64,000 bases of DNA from Tubulanus polymorphus (taxonomy: Eukaryota; Animalia; Nemertea). Under the pieces are notes generated by a model that did not search any database, had not been told where the DNA came from, and saw only the letters and a program-made list of their open reading frames with translations. This document shows positions 1 through 14,600 of this stretch, piece by piece; the first letter of the stretch is position 1, and every line of letters starts with the position of its first letter. The position numbers and the translations under genes were made by a program. The stretch lies in assembly GCF_964204645.1 (NCBI RefSeq), contig NC_134035.1, positions 11,998,451 through 12,062,450 on the forward strand, given 5' to 3'.

Positions 1-11
1 GTTAAACTCAC

Positions 12-2582
12 CTTTTGCCGTTCCCGAAGTGTGGTCAAAAGATGGACCAGTACCTGCCGTGTCTGTAGGTCCTTTATTCATCACCCAATCAAAATCAGCA
101 TTGCCGGAATTCATACGGTTCGTCCATGTGCACAGATTGTGCTCAAAGTCACAATTACCTGAATGAGAATTTCAAATTCAGTTGAACAATCTTAATTTCG
201 CCAAGAGGGTCTGAGTCTAAGCTCATTTTGGTTCTATAACCAATCTAACAACTTAAGATCAGTTTATGCTTATTTTGGCTATAAAGCCAATCTGACAACT
301 TAAGACTACAGTTTAAGGTGACTTAGTTCTAGAACTAATATTACAACTTTGAAGGGCCTAAGTAAAAATATCATGTTCAATGTTAATATTTGTTCACTTT
401 TTCATGTTTTAATCTAATCATATTAAGAAAAAAAAAATATTACAACATAATGATTTATGACCACTTTTGGACACCACTGTGTAACCGGGCCCAGGCGATG
501 CCTACCCCACACATAACATACACTATGTCATACTCACCGGGATGTGGACATTCTCCATCGGTTATATCAACATCATCAATAGCTATATCACCGAGTACAC
601 CTTTACCGACGATCCCTTCGAACACCACTTGATATTTACCGGTGACGTCGATCGGAACGTTAGCCGGTAACCAGAGATCACCTTGTTTATATCGTCGAGT
701 CCAAACCCGTGATCCGAGAGTACTACCGACACGCGTATACACGTTTAATCTGTTCACATCCGAGCCGTACATGTGGTACCAAAACTTCAAACACGATTTC
801 TGTTTCTGACTGTAAACCGGAGACATGATGCGCGCTTTTTGGCCCGGCCTCTGCGGACGCGACGCTTCGATGTAAATATAGAAACCTGAAATTACGAGAT
901 TCAAATATCTTTGTAGTCGAGAACAAATCCCTTTGAAATCAATTTAGGCCGGTAATATTGAAGATTTGACAATTAATATGAGTTATGCAGGATCAAGTTC
1001 CACAGTTTTGAGTTAAATTTGTCTTTTCAGTTTAAGTCATTGAAAATGAACTAACTTAAACTCTGAGTTAACTGTAACTCACAACTGTGGAACCGGATCC
1101 TGATGCCGCGAGTAGATGCTTTTTACTCATCTTCAGAGCTCGACTAAATCTCTGAAGAAAATCTGAGCGTAACATATTTTCTGTCGGCAATCTTCAATAT
1201 TGTGAGACTGTCTTTTACACTTGAAAAAATATTTCCGGTTCGATGTAGAGTCCGTTTCATAGAAAACTAACCGAATGATGTTCCTTTAGTGTGATCAAAC
1301 TTCGGTCCGGTTTTATCCGAGGTGGTTCGACCGTTCTGTCGTTTCCACTGGAAATCAGCCGTCTTATCGTGAGTATATCCGCATAAACTGTGCTCGAAAT
1401 CGCATGATTTGCTCGTCGCTAGAAATTGAAAAATTATACTTAGAATTTTTCATTTTTGAACGACTAACCGTTACGACAGTGGAATGCAAATATGATATAT
1501 TGAATACTGTACCTGGTAGACACGTTCCATCACTAATACTGACATCATCCAGTAATACATCGCCATTCGTACCTTTTGCTTCGAATACAACCTAAAAATA
1601 TCGAGACCACACATTTATGATAAAATGTTCAGATACTCTATTTACTGATATAGTGCAAGTTGTAAGTTGTTAACATAAGACGCTGGTGCAAAGATTTTAC
1701 CCATGATCTAACAATCTCAAAAAATTTCCCTGACTATTCCCTGGTTTCCAGGTGAGCGGCCAACCTGTAGTTTCATATGACTTACGTTGAATGGTTTTGA
1801 GTCTCCGTCGATATCAATAGTATTCATGAACCAGGCGGCACCGTGGTCATCCGTAATAGTAGCAATCGCCGGACCCAGCGCCGAGTTTTTCTGATAATAG
1901 ACGTTCAATGAGTATTTCGGATATTTGCTCTTGTAATACCAGAATCTTAAACACATCGTCGTTCCTTTTTTGATATTGATCGACGGACTGATGAATTTGA
2001 TTGCATACGTCGTCCATCCCAACCACGAACTGATCTGCCCTCGCATTAACATACCATCTGTAAACAATCGAAACATCTGCATAAACCTTGTTCCAGTGTC
2101 ACTGTCTACTCAAACTTTGCCATAATTTATAACTATTGTAGCCTGTATCCACAGGAAGTGATCGAAAGACACTGTGTATGACCCAGATTACAAAAAAAAA
2201 CAACAAATATGTTCTTAGACATATCTCAGTAGATCGCTGAACTGTCTGAAGCCCTAACAGAGAAGAGGAGTTAATTCCACGTGCGTGGAGAAACACTAGA
2301 AACACAGCAATCTCCAAACGACATCGGCCTGCTTCTAGGTAGGGACGGGAATTGTACTCCGGAGGATTTTTATAAACCATGTACAGTTGGCCTACGTCTT
2401 GTTGGTAGGATGGAACCAGGCTCTTATATTTAGCAACTATCTATGGACGAAGCAAAACTGCATTTCGTATGGTCCAAAAAGAAGTCCAAAATCCAAAACT
2501 AACATATGGTCGCTGTTGCTGTTGTTACTGACTGAATCGAGACTATTCCGTAAGGAAAGTCTTCCAACAACATTCGGCAGTT

Positions 2583-2626
<44 letters not shown>

Positions 2627-5600
2627 TTATTTACTTATAAAGCGCATTTCTATAAAACATAATCATTGCACTTCACATTATTAAAACATATAAGACAGAA
2701 GCAGATTAAAACACTAATTGTACAGATTTCTAAAATAAAAAGTTTTTAAACGTGATTTAAAACATGAGACAGTTGGACTTTCACGAATTTCCTGTGGTAA
2801 GACATTTAATAAAGTTGGTGCCATGAAAGTAAAAGTTTTCATGAATTGACTTTACTTACATTTAGTTCCGGTTGTATGATCAGATCCTCGCACGCGTTTC
2901 CAACTATACGAATTACTGATCGGAGCTCTCCATCCGCACAAATCCATTTCAAAAATGCAGTTAAAACTATTCTTATCTGAAGATGAATATCATCAAAATT
3001 ATCAACACAGTCTTCTAGATAGATATCAGTAAAAGTGAATGAACACCGGTAGTACTTTGAACAATTACTTGCTTTCATCAGAACTTATGAGCTTATGCTG
3101 CTAGTGAATGAAGTAGCTCCATTGGGTAAATTGGCTATTATTAATAATATTTTATTTCCACAAGAAATTGTAACAAATTTTATGTTCCAATATCAGTGGT
3201 AGGTGCTCATTTAAAGCAAGGTTGCTTGTCAAGTATGAGACACCTATCCCTCACACGCATTCAAAACACATATACTCATCAAGCATGCACACATTCACAC
3301 ATTCAAATTTACAGAATTACAAAATTACTAATGGCGGGAAGGGGAAAAAAAAATCCCCTAATATATGAGTTCACTAAACAAATAAACAGAATACATCAAA
3401 AAGCATTATGTAGGGCCGTTCGCTATCTGACCACGCTACTGCGAACTAGTATCGAAAGCTCATAATTTCTAATTAAATCTAGTTAACCTACAAAGTACTT
3501 TAATTTGACATAAGGTTAACGCAGTTTTTCAACTCCGATGATAGATATGATACGCGAGATAAAAGTAATCATCACTGATTAATAAAGCATACCTCTTGGA
3601 GTAGTAGTAACAATAGGTTTGGTAGTCGTGGTCAGTTGCGGAGTTGTAGTAGTCGTCTTCAGTTTGGTCGTCATGATTGTTGTAGTCGTGACGCGAGGAG
3701 GAATCGAATCAGCGGGTAACACTATACAAACATCACATTCATTACATTAGTGACTGATACTACGGGATCTGGTGGCTGATACCATGGGATCTGGTGGCTA
3801 ATTGTATGGGATCTAGTCGCTGATACTACGGGATCTGGTGGCTGATACCATGGGATCTGGTGGCTAATTGTATGGGATCTAGTCGCTGATACCATGGGAT
3901 CTGGTGGCTAATACCATGGGATCTGGTGGCTAATTCTATGGGATCTAGTCGCTGATACCATGGGATCTGGTGGCTAATACCATGGGATCTGGTGGCTAAT
4001 TCTATGGGATCTAGTCGCTGATACTACGGGATCTGGTGGCTAATACCATGGGATCTGGTGGCTAATTGTATGGGATCTAGTCGCTGATACCATGGGATCT
4101 GGTGGCTGATACCATGGGATCTGGTGGCTAATACCATGGGATCTGGTGGCTAATTCTACGGGATCTGGTGGCTGATACCATGGGATCTGGTGGCTAATTG
4201 TATGGGATCTAGTCGCTGATACTACGGGATCTGGTGGCTGATACCATGGGATCTGGTGGCTAATTCTATGGGATCTAGTCGCTGATACTACGGGATCTGG
4301 TGGCTAATACCATGGGATCTAGTGGCTGATACTATGGGATCTGATGGCTCATGCCATGGGATCAGGTGGCTCATACCATGGGATATAGAGGCTGATACTA
4401 TGGGATCTAGTGGCTAATATTATTATGGGATCTGATGGCTCATACCATGGGATCTAGTGGCTAATGCTATGGGATCTGATGGCTAATACCATGGGATCTA
4501 GTGGCTGATACCATGGGATCTGATGGCTCATACCATGGGATCAGGTGGCTCATACCATGGGATATAGAGGCTGATACTATGGGATCTAGTGGCTAATATT
4601 ATTATGGGATCTGATGGCTCATACCATGGGATCTGATGGCTAATACCATGGGATCTGGTGGCTCATACCGTGGGATCTAGTGGCTGATACTATGGGATCT
4701 AATGGCTAATCCTATAGGGTTGCTAATCCTTTGGGATCTTATGTAAAGTGTAGGTTGTTTTTTCTGTTTAAATCATTCCTTCAAATATTTAATCTCTGAT
4801 TTGACGACACTTACGATTACACATCCGCGCGTCATCAAATTTAATGTCATCAATAGCAATATATCCATCTGTGCCGAACACAGCTTCAAATTGAACCTAC
4901 AATAAAACGTTTGAAGTATATACGAGGCTATTGAATCTAAAAATATATGAATCACTACTTCAACATTTACGGTATACACATTATTTTGAAACGTACTGTA
5001 TATGAATAACCTGTTTTGATGAAAAGTCGTGCTTCCGTCCACCTGTCAGTGTGTTTCATCGATTGTTCCCATTGACTGTAATCACCCCGGCCGATTTCGT
5101 TTAACCAAACTCGCAGTTTTCCCCGCGTGTTGCTTTGAATGTTGTAGTAAAAGTGCATACATGTTTTTCCGGCGTCGAATGTTTCGCTGATCATACGTCC
5201 GGTTCTACCGTAAACTTCGCCCTCGACGTACGCGTAATAACCTGTAAAAATAATCAAACATTACAGGAGCCGACTAGGAAAATTGGAAGACCGGGTCCGA
5301 TTATAAGAGAATGGCATTTCTAGTAATCACAATGAAAGCGGAACTTCTCTCGGCCGTCAAAAATATTCATCTGAATAGATACAATTTCGAAAAGAATGAG
5401 GGATTAACAATTTTTGTCTGGATAAGAAAGGCAAAATTAAGCAGTAACTTCTACCGCAAACAGAAATGAAACATATACCGGTACTATTAGAGGTGCTAAG
5501 GATATATGAGAGTTAATCACCACAATCATTTTGGTTTACTTCGAATAAACGTTATTGCTTACCTGTGCTGGATCCACCATTTGTATTGTCGATATTAGGT

Positions 5601-8600
5601 CCTTTGCCTTTTGTGTCTTTAGCGGACATGACGACCCAATCAAAATCACTAGTATCAGAGTTATACCACGAGCACGAATTACCTCCTTCGAAATCACAAT
5701 CACCTGAAACAGAGATTCATATCGTATATATCATATCATATCATTATTTACCATCAAAGAAAGCCATAAGCCTATGTACAGACAGCCTTATTAGTTTGGA
5801 TACTTAAAGTCCTTTGTGGTGATATCAGTAAATAAAGTCCCTCTATTAAACTGTTCTTTATGAGGGTGCCGCTGTATAAAATTCATATCATTCATCGTCG
5901 AAGATTATCCAGAAAACTCTCGTGAAATTGTGAAAAATTGATGATTGAATATATACCTGGTTTCGGGCAGAGTCCGGGTTTTAACTCGTAGTCGTCGATA
6001 GCGATATCGCCGCGAGGTTGATTGGTTACGGTTCCCTCGAACGCGATCTGAAACGGACTTCCCGCTAGCGAACTAGGAACAGACGCGTAGCCCAGCGACC
6101 AACGATTACCTTGATCGCCTTGGAAACGAAAAACAAAAACATCACATTTAAAACTAAAACTGCTGTAGAAAAGTTTGTTTTGATGAAAGTTCACTTAACT
6201 TAACCCTTTCAGTGCGTCTACACCGCAGTGCGGTGTATAAATCGGTGATGGACATTGCTAGTACGCGGTGTATTGACGTAATTAGTAATTAGTTTAATTT
6301 CTAATGAAAGATGGCAGCACCTGTCAAACATAGTGAAATATTGGTAACTAACGATACACCGCTCTGCAGTGTAGACGCATTATAGCGGTATACCCATTAT
6401 TCGACACACTGGGGCGGAATTTCTAGAAAATTTCAAATTATCTCCAGCACTTTGGGTGTTACTTAGTCAGCACTGAAAGGGTTAATGTAGGAGATTTCTT
6501 TATGATTTAAGAAAATGTTGATAAAATCAAATCACAAAGGATATTACATCAGCATAAAAATTTCACTGACCTCCAAAATTATTGAGAAATTACAAACAGT
6601 AAACAGTGTGTAGAACATTTCGAACAAAGACAAGAAATATTACCTGATTTTTGCCAAATATATTTCTGCGTTTTCGCGCCCTCGAACAATATCTTCAAGC
6701 TGCCGATATGATCGCCGTACATGTGATAGTAGAAATTAACGCACCAATCTTGAGGTTTCTCGTCGTAGATGGCGGATTTCAAACGCGCCGTTTCTGAACC
6801 TCGGTACGACGATTCAATATACATGTAATATCCTATAACGAATCGATAGAACTGATTCAGTTCAGGAAAATATCAACGTAACCCAATTCTACCGACAGAG
6901 CAGACTCCCTTCGCCCTCAAATCTCGAGAGACCAATAGATTCTTCCTGTGATACGCAAATTCTAAGCCAGGATGAGTTAAAAAATTTGTATAATATATTG
7001 TAAGAGGGGGCATGCAATAATAAGAGGTAAACAGTCTGACCATGGACTCTATGGTCTATATGGTATGATTTAGTTAATTTCTAATCATTTGACTTTGAGA
7101 GTCATAGGTTTTATCACACTTATTGAAAACATGAAACGACTGATGAAACTTCACCACAAATTTGAGTTTAACCAATCTATGAACCCGAGCCCAGGATCCA
7201 GTTCTACAGAGTCGTGAACATATTTCTTCTGACCAATAGATAGAATCAGGAACATTTCATTTCTACCTTGATCAGTGCCGTACGTGTGATCAGTGTTGGG
7301 TCCGGTTCCTCCTGAAATCGTGCCACCTCGCTGTTGAATCCACGCAAAATCTCCACTCGGGTCATTTTTGAAACCGCAATTTCTATCGATATCGCCTTCG
7401 AACGAACACTTTTTCTTCGACAGAACGCTACCTGTAATTATACGAACAAATTTTCGTGAAAAATGACAAAACTATTCTTATTGATTCGATCAAAACTTTG
7501 CAAATAAATCCTATTTCAAATGCTTACCATCGCTACAAGACCCTTCCTTCAAGATGACGTCATCAATCGCGATATCGCCGGAAGATTGACGTCCACGAAC
7601 GCCTTTAAACGCGACCTAAACCAGAAAATAAATTCAGCACAAAAGATTAACCCTTTCAGTGCATTTACAACGCAGTGCAGTGTATGAATCGGTGATGGAT
7701 TTTGCTAGTACACCGCACTGCGGTGTATTGATGTAATTAGTAATTCGTTTTTATCTCTATTGAAAGATGGCAGCACCTGTCGAACATAGTGAAATATTAG
7801 TAACTAACGATACACCGCACCACGTTGTAGACGCACTATAGTGGTATTCCCGTTATTCAATACACTACAGTGGAATTTTTCAAAATTTTCAAATTATCTC
7901 CAGCACTTTAGGGTATTGATTAGTCAGCACTGAAAGGGTTAATTCTCGGTACTGCGGGAACCGACGTCGCCAGAAAATATTCTCTTACTCTGAAATCATT
8001 TTTCGGCGTAAAATCGATTAGGCCGTGCATCCAACGATTGCCGTGGTTACCGGACTGGATCCAAATCGGAGTGGTCTTCGTCAGTCCGGTTTGGACGTAA
8101 ACGAGTAGTTTGTTGACCGTTTTACCGAACATGTGATAGTAGAAATCCAAACAATACGATTGCGCGCTACTGCTACGCGTGACGCGAGGGCTGATCATCA
8201 GAGCGGCGTCGTTGTCAGAGCCAAACGTAGTTTCGACGTACATGTACCAACCGTCTAAACCGGACATAAAACAGTTTTAAATTAACAAAGATCTGAGATC
8301 ATCCGATATGACCTTTTGTTGAAACTTAAAACTGAGAAAAACGCGTTTGAAATTTTCAACTTTTTTATCATTCTCGATCGATATATTAGGTTAATTAAGG
8401 TACAATCGAATGAGTTATGCTTTATGAAACGAGCAAATACTTATTGATGATTGAAAAGAAGGCCTGGAACAAACAAAAGTTTGGACGAAATTTCTGTCAA
8501 TTCGTTCACTTGATTTCAAACTATTCATGTTTGACGGATTAATGGTGACGAACTTAGCTACAATTAGCTTAGCTCTTGAATTATTTCAATAAGCAAACCG

Positions 8601-11600
8601 AAGATGTTAAACTCATTACCTGGAGAATTAGTCGTATGATCCGCACCCGGTCCTGTCCCGACCGTCATAGTTTTGCCTTGATTCCGTTTCCATTGGAGAA
8701 CTTCATTTTGGTCATGACTCCAACCGCACATATCCCGATCGAAATTACAGCTGATGTTTGTGGTCGGGGCAACGGTCGGAGGAGGCAGCGTTGTGGTTAG
8801 AACTGGAGGAACTGCAGTTACAGGTTCAACTGAAAAACATTACATTCCATGTACAATTCATTAACAGGCATTTCATTGGGCTCAGTAACCCTTGAGTCCC
8901 TCGATTTCCCAAATAATGCCAAGATAGTGGCAGCAACGCTAATATTCTACTTACTGTCACATTGTAGATTATTGAATTCAATATCGTCGATAGCGATGTC
9001 ACTTCTTACACCGGATCCGACAACTCCTTCGATGACTATATCGTAATTCTGACTGGTATCGATAGGAACGCGAGCGTTTAACCAAGCCGATCCTTGTTCA
9101 CCACGTAAACTCCATATTACACGTGAATTAGCACCACCTATATAAACAACCATTCACATATACTTCAGTTACTTACAATTCAATCTTCATTTTTACCAGG
9201 AGCCTGATTATCAGACTTGGCTAAGCACATTTGGAATCTATAGCTTAATCTAACAGTTCAAGACCAGACTTAAGATTCGAAGCCCAGTTCCATAGTTGAA
9301 ACTTAAGTCCTAAAATTAGTTTTATATATTAAGATTGGTATTAAGTTGTTAGATTGGCTATAGAACTAACAGGGCCTTAAAAAAAGAAAAAAAAAAGTAA
9401 AAAAAAAAACAGGGTCTTAGATTGGTCTAAAAAGTCTTAGAACTTCGACTGGTCTTTAAGTCTATAGAACTATAGAACAGTAGCCCTGGGAATCAGAAAA
9501 TCTCTTCCAAGATTTTCAAGCTGGACCCATAGAAGACTAGTCGGTCGATTTAACACTTCATGAATTTAAGACGATCTAGCGTATTTCTTGTAAATTATCA
9601 GAGTTGTTTAGTACAGTGAGTAAGAGAATGAGGCTTTCAAAAAGATTTGACCAGTGGGCTCACATTTCTGATCTAGTTTCCCTATCATCATTATATCGAG
9701 AATTGATACGAATGATTTATAAACTTACCGTTTGTTCTCTGTAGAACGTTCAAAACTCCCATGTGCTGGCCTTTCATATGATACCAAAACGACAAACAAG
9801 TAGTAACGGCAGAGCTCTCGAACGCTTCACTGACGAGTTGAGCTTTCTCTCCCGGTTTCCTCGGTTCAGATGATTCGATGTATAGGTACTTTCCTTTCTT
9901 CGATTGTAAAGTGTGGTCGTTGTCCGGACCGGTGTTCAGCGTACCCGTATTACTGGTGTGTAAAGTCCAGTCGAAATCGGCACCGGCGAGATGAGACCAC
10001 GTACACAGTCCATCGTCCTCATCAAATGTACAAGCACCTACGCGCGAAAACGGAACACCAGAATTTCAGTCTGAATTTCTTATCATTCGTACACTTAGTG
10101 ATGAAATACTCTGACCGCATGTTTTGATGATAATATTAATTCCCACAATCAGAAAATCAGTCGGAAATGTTTCCTCGAGTTAGTAGTTTATAAAACATAT
10201 CTACTTTATCCTAATCGTAATCTTCAGAAATAGTGAATGGTGAATAGTACTCAGTATTCCTGGAGACGACTATTAGGATATAAAACACTGAATAAACTAC
10301 ACGCCCAAGGAAACATTTCACACTCACTTTTCTTGGTTAGTGCAGGATTTACATAAAGCGATCTTGAGGCCTTTTTCTCAAAAATAAATCAAGACAATGG
10401 ATAGAACTGAACTGACGGCTCCGCAGTATTTTATATCATACCTGGTTTGCTGCAAGCACCTTTCTTTATTCTCACGTCATCCACGCTGATCGCGCCCTGT
10501 TTGTTTCCACCGGAGATAGCTTCGAACACAAGCTGAAAACAGATCAACGATATCTTCGATACTTTTCATGAATGGAATGGCTAATGATTCGCTTGAACCT
10601 CCATCAACTGTCTTGAAAAAAAATAAGTTGAGGCTAATTTTTTGTAGAAGTAACATTGCAGCAAACTACTTACACTGTATCCTTGTACAGCATACATTTT
10701 TGAGACAGTAAACTCAACTGGAATCCATCTATTCCCTTGATTTCCTTTTTTCCACAGCATATATTTATACGAACCATCGACCTACAATGATATTCAGTTT
10801 AGGATAAGAACAAGTTTTTTGCTTTTTTGCAATTACATTTCGATCGTGAAATATTCAAACACTTACGTAGGCATAAACCATCAGACTTCCGACATCATCA
10901 CCGATCATGTAATACCAGAACCTAACACACATATCGTGCGGATCTTTATACGTCTTCGATTGAAGTTGGGCTCTTTCTTTTCCTGGTGCTTGACCGATAT
11001 TATTGACGTACATATAATGTCCTATACAATATAGATTCATACTCGATAAGTCATTACCACAGTTCAGATTGGAAGTTTGAAGTGAAGAAATTTCAGTCAA
11101 ACTTAACTGACAACTATTGAACTACTGGATGCAGATGTTAATATAAATGATCTCGACCTGGTTCGAGATCATTTATCCTGGTTCAACTAAGATAAGTTCC
11201 AACGCAGAGTTAAAATTAGTTGATTTACAATGTTTCAATTTCAACTGAATATTATGGAGTTGGGTCCTGGTGTAAGCATGTTTAAGGGTCCTGGTGTAAG
11301 CATGTTTAAGGGTCCCGGTGTAAGCATGTTTAAGGGTCCTGGTGTAAGCATGTTTAAGGGTCCTGGTGTGGGCATGTTTAAGGGTCCTGGTGTAAGCATG
11401 TTTAAGGGTCCTGGTGTAAGCATGCTTAAGGGTCCTGGTGTAAGCATGTTTAACTGAATCTTTCAACTCTTTAACATTTTCAGATAATATGTTTACACTT
11501 ATAACAAATGACTGATGAAAAATCTGTTAAAGTATCACAGAAAGAAACTCATTGATATTAACCTGTTTCAGTGTTGGTCGTATGATCCGTATTCGGACCA

Positions 11601-14600
11601 GTTATCTGCGAACCGGCTTTACCCGTAGTCCACGACCATTTGTGATTATCCATCACGTTCGCGTAACCGCAAATAGAGCTCAATTCAAAATCACAAAATC
11701 TGTGACTAAACAGAACGTCGGCTGAAAACAATAAATAAAGGAGATCGTAAAATGCGAAATAAACCCGCGATGAAATGTAAAATGTGAACCTCCCCGCTAG
11801 CAGAGATATCGCTAATCGTTTTGCCTTGAATTGAACTCAATTTCTGAAATGGCTAAAAACAAACTTACAGAAACATTCTCCTTCGGTAAATACAATATCG
11901 TCCAAAGCTATGTCACCTTTAGCCCCGCCGCCCATACGAGCAACAAACTGCATCTGAATATTCAATAACAAATGTTATTCAGTGACATACATTCAATTGA
12001 TAGATAAGCATGGCCACATTCCCAACATTCCCCCAGTTTTCCATGTTATAAGACAAAATTCCCCGAGTGAAACTTCTGCAGGTGAATGATGTTTCTTGGT
12101 TAGAAATAATAAAATGTATTTATTTTTCATGAATCACGTATTGATCAAGAATTATGTGGTCGAAAGCATATGCAAATTCCCAGATTCCCAGAGTCAGTGG
12201 CCACCCTGCAGCAGACACATCAAGACGAGAAAAAAAACTTACTCTGTAATAGTTCTGAATCGAAATCGTAACTTGAGCCTTCTTCCACTTGTCCTCTTGA
12301 TCGCCGGATTGTTGGAAGACAAGTTTAGTCGCGGCGCCGACTTTCGTATAAACCTGCAACGAGCCGATATCGGAACCGCTCATGTGATACCAAAACTCCA
12401 GACAGTAATCTCCGACGCTGTCTTTCGGCGGTTTGAACTCTTGACTTTGAAGAATCGCTTTGTGTCCCTTCGAACCGGACGACGAATCGATGAAAATGTA
12501 GAATCCACCTGAAGATGAAGTGCGAAGAAGATTTGAGGTTTTCCTTTCAAAACTTTGCGCCTCACATAACGTATGAAATTATCAATAAACAAACCTGCCT
12601 CACTAGGGGGGGGGGGGCGGATACGATGTGAGGGTTTTACCAATTTTTCTAGTGAAAATGAGTTTCGAAGCGGGCAGTTTTATATCGACAGAAAAATAAG
12701 TAGTTTTGACAAAATTGCGCCTTTGCTTTACAGAAAGTGCCATTTTCAGATATCTTTTTTTGCCTGAAGTGCCTTAAAATTAAAATGACCAAATTTTGAG
12801 GGTCTTTTCTTTGCATTGTTGGCTTAAAATAATAGTAAAATACTCATTTAATGGCAACAGTTATCACGTGTATACTAACCCCCAGTAGTGTGATCGCCAG
12901 ACGGACCCGTTCCCGACGTTCCCGTTCCTCCTTTTTGACGTATCCAATTCGTGTTATCGTTGTGTAAATCTTGCCAGCCGCATTTATCGGTTTCGAAATC
13001 GCACGATATTCCAAAAACTGCAGCTGAAAAAAATTAGACCCGATTTTTCATTATTAGTGTATTAACTTTGAAAGCGCTAGACCGGTTTCATTCAAAAGTT
13101 TGGATCAAAAATCTTAGGTATTCTGAATTCAAAATGAACTAATTCAACTCTAAAATAAGGCTACCGGTAACTGGGGAGTCGGGTATTTCATTATCTCACG
13201 ATTAAGATCTTTATACCAATCGGGATAGTAAAAATTGAAGAGTTGGTGGAAGAGATGGAACCAAGAGTTTGATACTTACGTAAAGTCGGCAAAACTGTCG
13301 TGGAGATTGGTTGGGTCGGTTTCGGAGTCGTTACTGGATACAACGTTGCATACATCGGTCTCACTAGAACAAATACATAATAACGGATATATCAGCAAAA
13401 GAAAAAACACAACGGGAAATGTGAAATGGGATAAACGTTGTCATATGTACCTGCGCATTGAGACACCGATAGTTCGGTATCATCTATAGCTACGATAGAA
13501 TCAGTGTTATCTCCGAATATTCCTTCAATAACCAGCTGTATGGAATAGACACGAATATCATCAGTCGTTAAACATAGCTTTTAGAAGGAGAATGTCTTAT
13601 ATCAGAGGACACTTCTAGGTATAACATTCTGCGCTTAAGGCATAGGAAGAGAGACCAGGTTGAAATCTACAACCACCAGTATTTATTTGAAGACATGAAA
13701 CCCCAGTCTGGATACTGTAGAATCCACTTGTCGCGGATCTCCCAGGACAAATAAGGTACATGAATCCCAGGCAGACAGAGAAGGGATGGGTCATTATCAC
13801 CATGAATTAGAATAAGAAAACATGTAATACATATTTCAGATCGTACATTTTTGTATGTGTGAGAGTGCACGGAAGTGTGAATGAACCTTTTTCCTTTCTT
13901 TTTCTAATGTAACTTTTTTTTTTGGGCCGGTATATCCTACAAGCTATGCTTTTTTATATCTTCCCCTCTGATTATTTGAACCGGTCGACGGTGGGATAAA
14001 CGGAGTGTACCGTATCTGAAAAGCTCGACGATTCTACTTACTCTAACCGGTGAACTTAAAGCGCCGATCGGAACCGTCGCCTCTCTCCACTGGTCAGCCT
14101 CGTATGAAGATAACGTCCACAACAATGTCTCAGATACTCCGGCCACGTTCGCCAGTACGCGCAACGTCGCGTACGAGCTCGACTCCTTCTTTCCACCGAG
14201 GTAGTAGAAAAATTTGAAACATCGATGTCCGGAAACCGGGAAGACGACTTCGCTATGGATACGCATAGATTGTTGAGGTTTACCGGTCTTCTGATCCATG
14301 TACATATAGAAACCTAACGACGAGAATAACTTTCAAAATGACGATGATGGTTATTAGACAACTGCTGAAACTTTGTCAATGGCTGATTTAGGAGGCAAGG
14401 CAAGGCCCAGGCTCCCCCCAAATATTTTGCCAAGATAACATTTCCTCAATCTTACACAAAATGCATCAAATCATCTATGGTCATTTGATTAAGAATCACT
14501 CTAGATGCTCATTTTTTCTAATTTTTCGGGGGAGGACACCAAAACCTCCCCTTGGCTATTCATGTGACATGTACATGAACATGTATATAAAACTAGGCCT

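Noticed and set aside
1106-1138. Another hammerhead motif on the minus strand (CTGAAGA-T-GAGTA...TACTC)
   Set aside because: The GAAA strand of the core is missing (GCGG, then a MITE); at most a decayed remnant.
3754-4740. CRISPR array or coding repeat
   Set aside because: Contiguous 22-bp tandem units with no unique spacers, not a multiple of 3, and the flanking exons join in phase without it.
11173-11466. Repetitive ORFs (LKHAYTRT / KGPGVSMF)
   Set aside because: By-products of a 24-bp intronic minisatellite; exons 11563 and 11021 join in frame across it.
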